DNA of 64,000 bases from a bacterium (GTDB taxonomy: Bacteria > Patescibacteriota > Microgenomatia > Daviesbacterales > UBA10151): the NCBI GenBank assembly GCA_021786105.1, contig JAJYNW010000018.1:5241-69240 (forward strand), given 5' to 3'. Position 1 is the first letter of the stretch; every line of letters begins with the position of its first letter. The translations under genes were made by a program, and so were the position numbers. The notes beneath the pieces are model-generated. The model saw only the letters and a list, made by a program, of their open reading frames with translations, searched no databases and was not told the DNA's origin. Shown in pieces: positions 9,134 to 18,817 of the stretch.

Positions 9134-10923
9134 CAGCTTTTCAAGATGCTTAAAAATGCTTCTTGGGGGATTTCGACTCGGCCGATCATTTTCATTTTCT
9201 TTTTACCCTTTTTTTGTTTTTCCAATAATTTATCTTTTCTGGTTCTATCCCCACCGTAAAGCTTAGCAGTAACATCTTTTCTAAAAGGAGAGACTGTTTC
9301 CCTGGCAATAATTGTCCCTCCAATGGCGGCCTGGATAGCTATCACAAAATTTTGTCTGGGCAAAACTTCTTTTAATTTTTCCACCATATTCCTGCCAAAC
9401 GAAGCAGCTTTCGGCCGAAAAACTATGGTAGAAAGCGCATCCACTTTTTCACCGGAAACCATAATATCCACCCTGACTGCATCTGTTTCCCGAAAATCTA
9501 TTAATTCCCAGTCAAGTGAAGCAAAACCTGAAGACACTGATTTTAATTTGTCATAAAAATTAGCCACCATTTCCGAAAGCGGCATTTCATAAGTCATTTC
9601 CACTGCCACCCCAAAATGCTGCATATTTAAAAACTTACCCCGCTTTTCCTGTACTAATTCCATCACCGGACCAATATAAGTTTGCGGCACAAAAATCCGC
9701 AGCTTTACCCAAGGTTCTTTTAACCCCTTAATATTCTCTCCCTGAGGCAATTCGCTGGGCGAAGTAATCGGTTCCTCATTTAACAGATACTCCACCGAGG
9801 GAGCGGTAGCCAACAAATCCACATTAAACTCCCCGGACAATCTTTCCTGCACCACTTCTGCATGCAAAAGTCCCAAAAACCCGCACCGAAAACCCGCCCC
9901 TAAAGCATCGGAGTGCTCAGGGATATAGGAAAAAGCCGGGTCAGTCAATCTAAATTTTGCCAAAGCTTCTTTTAGTTCAAAATATTCATCAGCATCAATC
10001 GGGAAAAGCCCCACAAAAACCATTGGTTTAACCTCCTTGTAACCTGGCAATTGCTCGGCATTAAAATCAGCAGCGATTGTATCACCTACCCGCACTAAAT
10101 CCGGTTCTTTAATACCGGTAGCAATATAACCAATCTCCCCGGCTTTTAACCCTTCATTCGGCACCAGCTGTGGGGCAAAAAAGCCAGTTTCTAAGACATG
10201 ACCAGCGGCCTGAGTTTGGAGAAAATAAATAGGAGTGTTAACTGGAGGAGTCTGCCCATCAATGATCCTTACCTCCGCCACCACCCCTTTAAACAGGTCA
10301 TAAAAAGAATCAAAAATCAGCCCCCGAAACTTCCACCTCGGGGGTGGAATTGTAGCTGCACCTCGGGATTTTGGGGCGGGAATACGCTCAACTATAGCCT
10401 TTAAAAGTTCTTCCACCCCCTCCCCGGTTTTGCCGGATACCAGCAATATTTCTTCCTCGGAAAAGCCAAAAGTATCAACCAGCTGTTTTTTAACCCCCTC
10501 AACATCCGCATTCGGCAGATCGATTTTGTTAATCACTGGAATCAAAGTCAGATTTTGTTCTAAAGCAGCCAGACCGTGGGCCAAAGTCTGGGCTTGAATT
10601 CCTTGGGTAGCATCCACCAGCAAAACCGCTCCTTCCACTGCGGCCAGCGCCCGGGAGACTTCATAGGAAAAATCCACATGGCCCGGAGTATCAATCAGGT
10701 TTAGAGTATATTCCACGCCTTGATGGTTATATTTCAACCTTACAGGAGCCAATTTAATAGTAATCCCCCGCTCCCGCTCCAAAGCCAAAGAATCCAGCAG
10801 TTGCGGCTGCAATTTATCTTTCAGCACGGTACCAGTTATTTCCATTAGCCTGTCTGCCAAAGTTGATTTCCCATGGTCTATGTGGGCCACTATAGTCAGA
10901 TTACGAATATTAGATTGTTGCAT
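9133..10923 (-). CDS. lepA: Elongation factor 4 (LepA)
   Basis: IRNLTIVAHIDHGKSTL G-domain and a LepA C-terminus (GKKKMKMIGRVEIPQEAF). Confidence 0.95.
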   Translation of the reverse strand: MQQSNIRNLTIVAHIDHGKSTLADRLMEITGTVLKDKLQPQLLDSLALERERGITIKLAPVRLKYNHQGVEYTLNLIDTPGHVDFSYEVSRALAAVEGAVLLVDATQGIQAQTLAHGLAALEQNLTLIPVINKIDLPNADVEGVKKQLVDTFGFSEEEILLVSGKTGEGVEELLKAIVERIPAPKSRGAATIPPPRWKFRGLIFDSFYDLFKGVVAEVRIIDGQTPPVNTPIYFLQTQAAGHVLETGFFAPQLVPNEGLKAGEIGYIATGIKEPDLVRVGDTIAADFNAEQLPGYKEVKPMVFVGLFPIDADEYFELKEALAKFRLTDPAFSYIPEHSDALGAGFRCGFLGLLHAEVVQERLSGEFNVDLLATAPSVEYLLNEEPITSPSELPQGENIKGLKEPWVKLRIFVPQTYIGPVMELVQEKRGKFLNMQHFGVAVEMTYEMPLSEMVANFYDKLKSVSSGFASLDWELIDFRETDAVRVDIMVSGEKVDALSTIVFRPKAASFGRNMVEKLKEVLPRQNFVIAIQAAIGGTIIARETVSPFRKDVTAKLYGGDRTRKDKLLEKQKKGKKKMKMIGRVEIPQEAFLSILKS

Positions 10924-11752
10924 ATTTTACACTCCCCTTCTCTATTCTGGCCTTAATGTTATCTTCGCAAATAATCATACATTGCATTCTACCCTTATGT
11001 GTAATAAAAGGCTTTATTTTATTTATAAATTTAAGCAGTGAAATTGCTTGATTAACATTAATTCTCCATAAATCCTTTTTGAATCTTGAACCATCCGCAG
11101 CTAATGCTCCTCTTTTAGAGATACATCTAGCTCGAGCTAAAATACCACAATTAGTCAATCTGCTTACCATCCAAGTAATAATATCTTTATCATAAGAATC
11201 AATTTTGAATCTTGCTCTCTTTTGGTTTAAGATAAAGTTCCCCTCTGCATCGGTATATCCTGCTATAAATGCCGCAATAAGCTGATCGTCAGCATCAATC
11301 CATTTAGGTACTTTTTTATGTTTAGGTATTAAAAAATCAAAAGATTTATTCAGATGACAATTAACACTAACCCTATCTTTACCTTTAGATACAGTTACTT
11401 GACCATATTTAGAAAACATATTTTTCATCAAATTGATTTGAGCTTCTTGTGTTGTATTACACCTAGCCACTATTAAATCTGATAGCGCACTTGTTTGATA
11501 CACATTTAAATCTCCTAACCTAAACCCAATCATATAAGCCTTTTCTGCTAAATTATCCGAAAAATCATACTTCCTGTATCTCATTCTTGCTTCAGAGGAC
11601 GATCTTTTCGGTATACCATACTCCCGCATTCTCGTCCTAACAGTTACCGCATCACATTTATAAAGTTTGCCTATTTTCAAAGGAGATAGATATTTTTTCC
11701 AATATAGCTGCTCAAGCTCCTCCGGAGGTATAAAGACTTTAGCTCTCGGCAT
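10910..11752 (-). CDS. LAGLIDADG-family homing-endonuclease-like protein (two LAGLIDADG motifs, N-terminal HTH)
   Basis: Motifs AYMIGFRLGDLNV and IAAFIAGYTDAEGNF. It is free-standing and its stop overlaps the lepA start by 14 nt. Confidence 0.6.
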   Translation of the reverse strand: MPRAKVFIPPEELEQLYWKKYLSPLKIGKLYKCDAVTVRTRMREYGIPKRSSSEARMRYRKYDFSDNLAEKAYMIGFRLGDLNVYQTSALSDLIVARCNTTQEAQINLMKNMFSKYGQVTVSKGKDRVSVNCHLNKSFDFLIPKHKKVPKWIDADDQLIAAFIAGYTDAEGNFILNQKRARFKIDSYDKDIITWMVSRLTNCGILARARCISKRGALAADGSRFKKDLWRINVNQAISLLKFINKIKPFITHKGRMQCMIICEDNIKARIEKGSVKYATI

Positions 11753-11857
11753 TAATTAATTATATCTAATTAAACTCAAGTTATGCAATAATAGAAAAAT
11801 TTCTTATGTTCATGGAGCATATTTTAACAGGTTATCATCCTGAATTCAGCCAAAAGA

Positions 11858-12091
11858 CTACCTAGTGAAAACAGAAGTTAACTGATAAGTTAATTTTATC
11901 TGAATAAGCAATAAGATAAAAATAATAACTAGAAGGAGTAACGCTAATTTCAACCAATGAAATCTCTTCTGCTTGATATCCATAATAGCTCCGAGCAATA
12001 TGGCAACGAAACTAGCTGGTAATCCAAAAGAAGTAATATAATTTAAAATCCGGATGGTAATAAAAAGATAATCCATAAATTTTCTAAACAC
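11858..12091 (-). CDS. Small membrane protein (77 aa), hypothetical
   Basis: Two predicted TM helices; it overlaps the murJ stop by 8 nt. Confidence 0.3.
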   Translation of the reverse strand: MFRKFMDYLFITIRILNYITSFGLPASFVAILLGAIMDIKQKRFHWLKLALLLLVIIFILLLIQIKLTYQLTSVFTR

Positions 12092-13766
12092 TTTCCGGCA
12101 GGATCTCTTTGGATTTTAATTTCTCCTGGAACCTGCCCATTCTCTTTAAAAGCTCAATGTAAGTATCCAGCTCCCTAACCTGCAAAAACCTTACCAAAAT
12201 TACATACACCGTTAAAGCAAACATGGAGGATAGCCCAGTCAGAGCCAGCAAGTTTACAGTTCTGGTAGTATCAAAGATCACCTGGTCCAAAAGTTTAATG
12301 GGAATATATAGGAAAACTCCCATAATTATTGCTGACATCAGCATTTTCAAGAAGGGAATAATTGCTGCCTTTAGGTCAAATTTACCCACCCTTAAATGCA
12401 GCATCCAAAACAGCAGTATGGCCGAAATAATCGCGGCAATAGAATTAGCCAGGCCAATACTCCAAACATCAAACTTTAAAATCATAATCAGATACAAGCT
12501 GAGGACAATATTTAATACCACCACAATCAAAGATACTATCACCGGCGTCTTGGTATCCTTAAGCGCATAAAAACCCCTGACAAAAAGCAGGGAAACCGCC
12601 TGGGCAGACAGTCCGATAGCCAGGTAGGCCAAGGTGGCACCGGTTAAAACGGTGGCCTGCCAGTTAAATTGGGAGGCACCAAAAACTAACCTGACCACCG
12701 GCACCCTGATCACAATCAAAATGGCAATGGCCGGCAGCGTCAGAAACAGAATTTGGTGCATGGTGGTCAGGATGGTAACTTTAAATTCTTCCATCTTGCC
12801 CCGGGCTTTTTCCGACGATAAAACCGGCAAAGCTGCCTGGGCCAAAGTCGCCCCGAAAAGTCCAATTGGCACAACTTGCAGGTGTTGAGCAAAAGTTAAA
12901 TATGTCACAGACCCCACAGATGCCAAAGTGGCTAAAGCCAGTCCTACTTTCTCATTGATTTGTTCAGCAGCCAACCCAATGGTCCTAACACTCATCAGCT
13001 GCATAATCTCTTTTACTCCGGGGTTGAAAAACTTCGGCGGGAATTTGAATCTAAAACCCATGGACCGGACCAGCGGTAATTGTATTGCAGCATGTAAAAA
13101 TGCCCCTATCACTACCCCATATGCCGCACCCATCACCCCAAAACTCTTAGAAAGGAAAACAATCCCCACAATAATTCCCAAATTGTAAAATACCGGCGCC
13201 AGAGACGGGATAATAAACCTTTGAAAAGATTGCGAAATACCGATAAAAAAGGATCCAATCACCAAAATCACCTGGCCAAAAAGAATTACTCTTGCCAGCT
13301 CTACGACCTGTGATTGTCTAACCGGGGTAAACCCGGGTGCTATAAAACTGGAAATAAGTGGCTGGGCAAAAATAAAAATTAAGACCGTAACTACAATAAA
13401 GATTGCCAAAGACACATTCAAAACTGCCCGCGCCATCTCAAAAGCATCCTCTTTGCCTTTATTTTCCAAATGCTCTGTAAATACAGGGATGAAAGCCACA
13501 GACAAGGCGCCTAAAATGATTATTTGAAATATTAAATCCGGTAATGCAAATGCAGCCCAAAAAATATCGATTTTTTCCGGCAAGAACACATGAGCCAGCA
13601 ACCGGTCTCTAACCAAACCTAACACCTTGGAAAGCATCATGGTGGCCATGATGATCGAAGCAGCTGACAATATCGATGTTTGTCTTGAATAAAGAAGGGA
13701 GAATAAATTCTTAACCATATTCTTCTGGACTAATTTGGTACGTATCTTTGGACTTTTATTTAGCAT
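12084..13766 (-). CDS. murJ: Lipid II flippase MurJ (MviN)
   Basis: About 14-TM polytopic protein with an MurJ N-terminus (ATMMLSKVLGLVRDRLLAHVF). Confidence 0.85.
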   Translation of the reverse strand: MLNKSPKIRTKLVQKNMVKNLFSLLYSRQTSILSAASIIMATMMLSKVLGLVRDRLLAHVFLPEKIDIFWAAFALPDLIFQIIILGALSVAFIPVFTEHLENKGKEDAFEMARAVLNVSLAIFIVVTVLIFIFAQPLISSFIAPGFTPVRQSQVVELARVILFGQVILVIGSFFIGISQSFQRFIIPSLAPVFYNLGIIVGIVFLSKSFGVMGAAYGVVIGAFLHAAIQLPLVRSMGFRFKFPPKFFNPGVKEIMQLMSVRTIGLAAEQINEKVGLALATLASVGSVTYLTFAQHLQVVPIGLFGATLAQAALPVLSSEKARGKMEEFKVTILTTMHQILFLTLPAIAILIVIRVPVVRLVFGASQFNWQATVLTGATLAYLAIGLSAQAVSLLFVRGFYALKDTKTPVIVSLIVVVLNIVLSLYLIMILKFDVWSIGLANSIAAIISAILLFWMLHLRVGKFDLKAAIIPFLKMLMSAIIMGVFLYIPIKLLDQVIFDTTRTVNLLALTGLSSMFALTVYVILVRFLQVRELDTYIELLKRMGRFQEKLKSKEILPESV

Positions 13767-13870
13767 TATCTGCCAAATTGTCCACTACGACCATTAGTTG
13801 TTATCTAACCTCAAATAATTATAGTAGATAAACTTGCTTTGCAATAGGGGCATATGATAACATAACCGCC

Positions 13871-14182
13871 ATGCCTATCATAAAATCTGCAATTAAAAAA
13901 GTCAGGAAAGATAAAGTCAGAACAGCCCGCAATAAAAAGCGGGAAAATACTTTGAAGTCTTTAGTCAAAAAAGCTAGAGTCACCAAGACTGCTAAAGATT
14001 TACAAGCAGCATTCTCAGCTTTAGACAAAGCTGCCAAAGTTAAGCTGATTCACCCCAATAAGGCTGCTCGATTGAAATCAAGACTGTCGAAATCAATGTC
14101 GCAGCCTTATTCCGCAAGCGAAAGTAAAGCTGCTAGGTTAAAATCAAGATTATCCAAAGGTGTTAGTAGTATTAAAAAATAA
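13871..14182 (+). CDS. rpsT: 30S ribosomal protein S20 with a C-terminal KAARLKSRLSK x2 extension
   Basis: MPIIKSAIKKVRKDKVRTARNKKRENTLKS... plus a tandem 11-aa repeat at 14060-14158 encoded with synonymous differences. Confidence 0.85.
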   Translation: MPIIKSAIKKVRKDKVRTARNKKRENTLKSLVKKARVTKTAKDLQAAFSALDKAAKVKLIHPNKAARLKSRLSKSMSQPYSASESKAARLKSRLSKGVSSIKK

Positions 14183-14226
14183 CTAACCCCTATCCCCTAA
14201 ACCCTAGACCCTAGTATAATGAATTT

Positions 14227-14811
14227 ATGCCCAAATCTAAGCATAAGCTTGGTATTGACTTAAACCTACTAAAACCCCAAAGCAATCCGGAAAAACTTCC
14301 CGCCAAATTACTCAGTTGGCTGCTCTCCTCCGGCCGGTATATCTTTGTCTTAGTAGAAGCTCTGGTGTTAATAGCATTTGGCGCCAGGTTTAAGCTGGAT
14401 GCAGATTTAGCTGCCAAAAAAGAAGCCATTGAAGATCAAATTCCCTATATCGAAAGCCTTAAGCCTTATGAAGTTTTAATCAGAGATACCCAGCTTAAAT
14501 TATCAACTATAGATAATGCAAAACGTAATTCGCTGGATTGGCCGATGGTATTAAAAAAAATTGCTGACCAAACCCCATTTAGCGTTAAACTTAGCAGCGT
14601 CAATATTACAAAAAATGCTGGCAACGGCGGTATCCACATCATCGGTCAAACCCCCAGCGGCAACGACCTAATTAGCTTTATTGCCGGCTTAAAGGGGGAT
14701 AATGCATTCAGTAATGTTGATCTGGAAAATATTGGGGTCGATCAAACAATGATTTCCTTTACAATAAGCACCTCAGTGAGACTAGGAGGCATGGAGGGAA
14801 AAAGCCTCTAA
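14227..14811 (+). CDS. Type IV pilus assembly PilN-like membrane protein
   Basis: Single N-terminal TM helix followed by a periplasmic domain. It is immediately followed by a PilO-like gene. TATAAT lies 6 nt upstream of the ATG. Confidence 0.5.
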   Translation: MPKSKHKLGIDLNLLKPQSNPEKLPAKLLSWLLSSGRYIFVLVEALVLIAFGARFKLDADLAAKKEAIEDQIPYIESLKPYEVLIRDTQLKLSTIDNAKRNSLDWPMVLKKIADQTPFSVKLSSVNITKNAGNGGIHIIGQTPSGNDLISFIAGLKGDNAFSNVDLENIGVDQTMISFTISTSVRLGGMEGKSL

Positions 14812-14814
14812 TCT

Positions 14815-15420
14815 ATGCAAAGCAAATCCACTCTCTATTCCAGATATTTTACCTATATCAAGCCGATTACCAGACTTCCGATCGTAAAAAATTATGGTCC
14901 GACCATCTTTACTTTACTAACCGTATCTGTACTGGCGTATTTTGCCATCAAACCGACGATTGAAACCATTGTGGTGCTGCAAAAAAAGCTGGCTGATTCA
15001 GAAGTAATGCTGAAAAAGGTTACCGAAAAAGCCAATAACTTATCTTTAGCTAAAAAAAATTATGATAATTTAAACCAAGGCATTAAAGAAAAGATTGTTG
15101 CCGCCATCCCTGATACGGTCAGCTTAAAAACGATTACCCAAACTTTGGAAACTACTGCCCAAGCCCACGAGGCATCAATATCAGCGTTACAATTCCAACC
15201 GCTGGTCATAGAAGCCAAAACTAAAGCTAAAACAGGTTCGCCGGCTGAAATCCCTTTTACCTTCAATATTGCCGGCGATTACAAAAACTTAGTTGCCCTC
15301 TTGCAAGACCTTAAAACAAGTAGTAGGTTAATCACCATCGATAACCTGTCTATATCTAAAACAAGTGACGGTACGGCAATAATTATGTCCTTATCCGGAA
15401 AGGCTTATTATTTCAAATGA
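14815..15420 (+). CDS. Type IV pilus assembly PilO-like membrane protein
   Basis: N-terminal TM, coiled-coil and a PilO-like C-terminal domain; 3-nt gap from the PilN-like gene. Confidence 0.5.
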   Translation: MQSKSTLYSRYFTYIKPITRLPIVKNYGPTIFTLLTVSVLAYFAIKPTIETIVVLQKKLADSEVMLKKVTEKANNLSLAKKNYDNLNQGIKEKIVAAIPDTVSLKTITQTLETTAQAHEASISALQFQPLVIEAKTKAKTGSPAEIPFTFNIAGDYKNLVALLQDLKTSSRLITIDNLSISKTSDGTAIIMSLSGKAYYFK

Positions 15421-15599
15421 CGAGAAAAGAATGGTTGTTAGCTGCAATTTTTACTTTTGCAACAATTATGGCCTGGGTTATATCGGATGTTTTCCATGCC
15501 CGGTCTCAGGTGGAAGTATCTCCAAAACTGCAGGAGGTTATTGAACCAATTAACCCTAATTTTAATACGGATAGCTTAGAATCTACGCCATCACCATGA
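15417..15599 (+). CDS. Small membrane protein (60 aa), possibly a pilus assembly accessory
   Basis: Overlaps both neighbours by 4 nt; has a single TM helix. Confidence 0.3.
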   Translation: MTRKEWLLAAIFTFATIMAWVISDVFHARSQVEVSPKLQEVIEPINPNFNTDSLESTPSP

Positions 15600-16570
15600 T
15601 GAATTTCATCACCAAATTAAAGATACCCACTGTTTTAGGGCTTGGCGTAATCCTTGCGGGAACTGTAGCCGGAGTGTATTTAAACCTTCAGGAACAAGTC
15701 TTTCTTTCCCGGGCCGCGCCTAATTTAACCCCTCAAAATATTACCGTAGCAAATATTACCGATACTTCAGTGGCAATTTCCTGGGAGACAAATTCCGAGG
15801 GCTCTTCTTTTATTACTTACGGTCAAAATAACCCCGGCGAACAAACAACTCTGGATGACAGAGATAACGGCACTCCCCAACCTCATTCCACCCACTACGT
15901 CACTCTGAAAAACCTTCTGCCTAAAACCGCTTATCAATATAAAATTATTTCCGGGAAAATTACCTCCGATGTGGAAAAATTCGAAACCGCTCAACCTCTA
16001 ACTAACCAAACAGAATTTGCCCCGGTCATCGGAACCGTATTAGATGACAACAAACCTTTGGAAGACGGCGTTGTTTATTTAGCCATCCCCGAGGCTGCTA
16101 TTCAATCGGCGCTGGTTAAAATCGGCGGTAATTTTCTGATCCCGCTTTCACAAATTAGAAAAACTGATTTATCAGATTATCAACTAGCAGAAGGATTAAA
16201 CGCCAAACTGACAATCCGTTCTGATAAAGGAGAAGCAAATATGCTTTTTAAATTAAAGGCAACCTCTTCACCTCTTCCACCGATAAAAATCGGACAAAGT
16301 ATTGATTTGGCCACGCCGGAGGAAACACCAGTCCCAACACCTAATGAAAATTTAGGAAAATATGATTTAAATGGGGATGGGAAAATAAACGCAGCGGATT
16401 ATGCCATCTTGTCAGCTTGTTTTAGCAAACGCACTAGCCTGGTTTTACCCGGAAAAATATCCTGCACCAAAGCAGATCTTAATGAAGACGAAGTCATAAA
16501 CCAAAAAGATTTGGAGTTGATGAATCAAAAGTTTAAAGAATTAGGCGTCCCGGCAGTAGAATCACAATAA
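15596..16570 (+). CDS. Membrane-anchored protein with a fibronectin type III domain and a C-terminal dockerin-like (2 x Ca-binding repeat) module
   Basis: FN3-like ITVANITDTSVAISWETN...YQYKI, and repeats DLNGDGKINAADYAILS / DLNEDEVINQKDLELM. Confidence 0.55.
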   Translation: MMNFITKLKIPTVLGLGVILAGTVAGVYLNLQEQVFLSRAAPNLTPQNITVANITDTSVAISWETNSEGSSFITYGQNNPGEQTTLDDRDNGTPQPHSTHYVTLKNLLPKTAYQYKIISGKITSDVEKFETAQPLTNQTEFAPVIGTVLDDNKPLEDGVVYLAIPEAAIQSALVKIGGNFLIPLSQIRKTDLSDYQLAEGLNAKLTIRSDKGEANMLFKLKATSSPLPPIKIGQSIDLATPEETPVPTPNENLGKYDLNGDGKINAADYAILSACFSKRTSLVLPGKISCTKADLNEDEVINQKDLELMNQKFKELGVPAVESQ

Positions 16571-16588
16571 AATTATCCTAAACTGGAT

Positions 16589-18817
16589 TTAAGCAGCTTT
16601 CTCCTTAACTTGTTCAGCAAGATCAGCCACGCGTTCAAGATTAACCTTATCAGGGAAACCATCATAGGTTAAGCTAATCCAGGGTTTATTATATCGTCTT
16701 GAGATATGCTCTGAAAAAGCCGCTACAATTCCACCCGGCATACAACCATGCGGCATCACTGAAATCACTCCAGCAAAATGCCGATTGCGCATCTGACGAA
16801 GACCCGTTCCGATCGATAAAACAGCTTCGCTGCCGTTACGGCTGGGCAGGTAAACACCCGACTCCTTTAGCAACTCCCAGGTGTGCGGTTCATACTCTGG
16901 AATAACTTTGTCACCCCAAGAAGCCACACCACGTTCACGCCACAATAACGCTAGTTCTCTTATAGTACCCCAGAATAATCGCCCTGGTTGTCTAAAATTC
17001 CAGGCATCCTCCAAGTTTCTCCAGGTGATGTATTTGAGCCATTCGCTCATTGGCGCCACTTCCGCCTCCAATCCATTAGCCTCACACACCTCTACAAGAC
17101 CCTTATTACAAAATCTATTAGCTCTAAGATAAATCTCCCCATTAATACCTACCAAAGGACGACGGGGTTTATTGGGATCTCGCGCTTCTGCAAATTTAGC
17201 TGTAGTTTCCCTCATCAACGGTTCAACTGGTTGACCAATCTCCATTAATTTTAACAACTCACCCAAAGATTCCTCGTAAAGTTTATTCACTTGTCCTCCT
17301 TGACGCTCATACGATCTAGTCATCCATAGCAATCGTTGCAAAAGATCGGTAGCTAATATCCCTTCCCAAGCCCGAAGTTCAAACTTTTTACCCAAACCTA
17401 AATCTGCGTAGGCGTTATTGGAAACTGTAGTCACTACCTCCACATCTATACCTAAATCACGAAGAATCTTTTGTTGCTCCTGAGCATATTTACCTAACCG
17501 ACAAGCACCATACGAACCAGCCATCAAGGCCCGAGCTTTTTTTGGAAGAGTACCATCCTTCGCCATCCGGAGAAACCCACCAAGTGTGTCTCGGAAAGGT
17601 AAGCATTCCTTGCCGCTAGTCACATCCCGGCTAAGAGCCATACTTCTCTCATCAGACTCAGGCAAAACCTGCGCCTCCACCCCAAAAGATCGCATAACAG
17701 CAGCAACCACTGCAGCATGGTCAGACATTTGCGGGATAAATACATACTGACCAGAGTGCAGTATTGTGGGAACTGACCGGTAATAGTTTTCCGGTTTACC
17801 CATCAGATGCAATTTAGCGCGCTTGTAACCTCTGATAGTATTCACAAATGCTTCCAATCGGGTTATGTAACCAGCTTCAGCGGCATGTTCATCAAGCTCA
17901 ATCTGACCCAAAGGTTTTCCTCCCATGATATCCTCAACAATGTTTTGAATAAATGAGTTAGGACCACAACCGAAGTTTGATAGGAATATTCCAAATAACT
18001 GCGGATTTTCTGCAATGATCCGGGAAGCAGCCAGAATTTTATTTTCATAATTCCAATAAGGCCGATCAGAAATCTTTTTAACATCGACACTGCCCAAAGA
18101 AAGATAGTCCATAGGAATTGGCACTACTCCTAGTTTTTGCAACTGCGTATCCATACCTAAGTTAGCACCCTCATCTTGAGCATTATAAGCACGAGCAAGC
18201 AGTACAACACCCAAAGCACTTGAATCAACTTTTAACTTTTCTAATGCCAGCTGACCTTCTACTTGTAGTTGACTCTCAAATTGCTTTTGCGCCTCTATCC
18301 CTCCCTGAGCAGCTCTCAACCCCTCCCTCCAGCTAAAACCCAATTTCCTTTGAGCAATCCTTGCCAGACTCTTGACTAAAATCTTATCGCCTCTTGATAG
18401 ATCTATCACTGGATCCAATATATCTATAGGAAGAAGGCCGCGCGCGAGACGATTGTCTGGATTAAAAACCGTGCGGATAATATAAGGCGAAGCTTGAACT
18501 AAAGGGCAGGAATAACGCTGATTTTCATCCCCATCCATCCGGCCCATTCTGATCGCATTAGGAATAAGGATTTTATTTACACCTCGCTCCACCAACTCAG
18601 CCACATGGCCATGCAGCAACTTTACTGGGAAACAAGTTTCCGAATAAGCCAGTTCCAGCGATTTCTCAATAGTCTGCTTATTCGTGGGTGTAGAAAAAAC
18701 CATTGGCACCTTAAGGTTGTGCAAAAAACCTCCCAGTAGCGGCGCTAAATCAAAAGTCATGAGCGCTTTCGGTATACCAACTGTACCCGGTTCCAATTCA
18801 ATTTCTTGTCTGTGCAT
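16589..18817 (-). CDS. 2-hydroxyacyl-CoA dehydratase-related protein (DUF2229/HgdB-like; partner of the activase)
   Basis: Start placed at the internal ATG (18817), preceded by the strong RBS AAGGAGGA. It overlaps the upstream activase gene by 20 nt. Confidence 0.6.
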   Translation of the reverse strand: MHRQEIELEPGTVGIPKALMTFDLAPLLGGFLHNLKVPMVFSTPTNKQTIEKSLELAYSETCFPVKLLHGHVAELVERGVNKILIPNAIRMGRMDGDENQRYSCPLVQASPYIIRTVFNPDNRLARGLLPIDILDPVIDLSRGDKILVKSLARIAQRKLGFSWREGLRAAQGGIEAQKQFESQLQVEGQLALEKLKVDSSALGVVLLARAYNAQDEGANLGMDTQLQKLGVVPIPMDYLSLGSVDVKKISDRPYWNYENKILAASRIIAENPQLFGIFLSNFGCGPNSFIQNIVEDIMGGKPLGQIELDEHAAEAGYITRLEAFVNTIRGYKRAKLHLMGKPENYYRSVPTILHSGQYVFIPQMSDHAAVVAAVMRSFGVEAQVLPESDERSMALSRDVTSGKECLPFRDTLGGFLRMAKDGTLPKKARALMAGSYGACRLGKYAQEQQKILRDLGIDVEVVTTVSNNAYADLGLGKKFELRAWEGILATDLLQRLLWMTRSYERQGGQVNKLYEESLGELLKLMEIGQPVEPLMRETTAKFAEARDPNKPRRPLVGINGEIYLRANRFCNKGLVEVCEANGLEAEVAPMSEWLKYITWRNLEDAWNFRQPGRLFWGTIRELALLWRERGVASWGDKVIPEYEPHTWELLKESGVYLPSRNGSEAVLSIGTGLRQMRNRHFAGVISVMPHGCMPGGIVAAFSEHISRRYNKPWISLTYDGFPDKVNLERVADLAEQVKEKAA

